A stretch of 64,000 bases of DNA. Origin: Octopus vulgaris (Eukaryota). The notes below the pieces were generated by a model that worked only from the letters and a program-made list of their open reading frames with translations, was not told where the DNA came from and did no database searches. The translations under genes and the position numbers were made by a program. Numbering within the stretch: position 1 is the stretch's first letter; every line of letters starts with the position of its first letter. The stretch spans positions 191,146,001 to 191,210,000 of the forward strand of contig OX597815.1 in NCBI GenBank assembly GCA_951406725.2, read 5' to 3'. This document shows, piece by piece, positions 63,144-64,000 of the stretch.

Positions 63144-63329
63144 TATATATATATATGTATATATATTCAGTTCTCATATTGTGCCTTCCCACCTAGAACT
63201 GGGCTGCACCATAATTTGTGTTTTGTTTTGGGATTGCATTCATGGCAGCTTTCAGTTCCCTTGTTCATACACTTGCATACATATTGGATTGACTTGATTG
63301 TATGGCAGAACTTTTCATTAGTGTATAAA

Positions 63330-63946
63330 GAGCGCCATCGCTAAGCCCCTGCAACCCCTGCAGTCACAGGGGGCCTCCACAGTTGTGGGGCCCCATGGCC
63401 CCATGTTCAGATCAACGTACATAGATGAGTTATCTATTTACTTTGGTTAAGATGTTGAACAAGAATTAAACTATTGATGTTCACTGAAAATTTCAAGAAA
63501 TAAAATGGTAACACATTGTACCTGCAAAGGTTCTTGTAAAAAATATTACATTGTACCACAAACGAGTACCAGACTTTGTGGATTGTCTATGATATCTATT
63601 GAATGTGAACTTAGCTCTCAGCTTGGATTATTCTGAATGATTTCGCAAAACGAAAAGTGTGCCATGTTTGTCTTTGTCTTTGAAAGTTGCCTGGATTATA
63701 AAAATGCTCTTTTATTCATGTCTGGAAGTTTTACTTATTGAAATTTGAAATAAGCCTAAATAAATTTAACTTGTTGTACTTTTAAAAATCTTCTTTTAAA
63801 AATGATGTGAAGTATTGAACTTCAGATAGAATAAAATAAAATATAGCTATGAATAAAAGGTGTGAAGATTACGAATTTTGATTGAAGGGATGGAGCCTCG
63901 AAACAAAAAGTTGCAGGGGGCCTCTACAAGTCATGTGACAGCGCTG
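63330..63946 (+). mobile_element. Internally deleted hAT (Tip100-like) transposon with a transposase C-terminal remnant
   Basis: TSD tgtataaa 63322-63329 / tgtataca 63947-63954. Imperfect TIR gagcgccatcgc / gtgacagcgctg, subterminal ccctgcaac/gttgcaggg. Remnant RLCGLSMISIECEL...DFAKRK at ~63570-63656. Confidence 0.75.
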
Positions 63947-64000
63947 TGTATACATCAAGCACATTTGACAACAGTAGGCAATTGGGAAACATACATCATT

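Overview
AT-rich, repeat-saturated eukaryotic DNA. The repeat content (tRNA-derived SINEs with TA/TG microsatellite bodies, RTE/CR1/R4 LINE remnants, MITEs, very large TA/TG/GTAT/CT arrays) strongly suggests an octopus or other coleoid cephalopod; this is an inference. No intact host gene is recognisable. Almost all supplied ORFs are translations of microsatellites or SINEs. The only clear protein homologies are decayed retrotransposon or transposase fragments: CR1-group RT at 54.7-55.8 kb, R4/Dong-like RT-CCHC-RLE at 34.2-35.8 kb, and a hAT C-terminus at 63.6 kb. The window looks like long intronic or intergenic sequence with a few short candidate exons, the best being a minus-strand ATG exon at 52174-52251. 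Most interesting: (1) a TSD-bounded element at 4270-4645 joining a tRNA-like Pol III head to a minimal hammerhead ribozyme and a Penelope-type inverted terminal arm; (2) two further TSD-bounded foldback elements of Penelope-like architecture; (3) a textbook zero-length-exon (recursive splice) motif at 29911-29919; (4) SINE module and tail swapping with a candidate partner-LINE tail; (5) long near-perfect hairpins generated in place. Coordinates were read by eye and may be off by a few bases, especially at degraded repeat ends.
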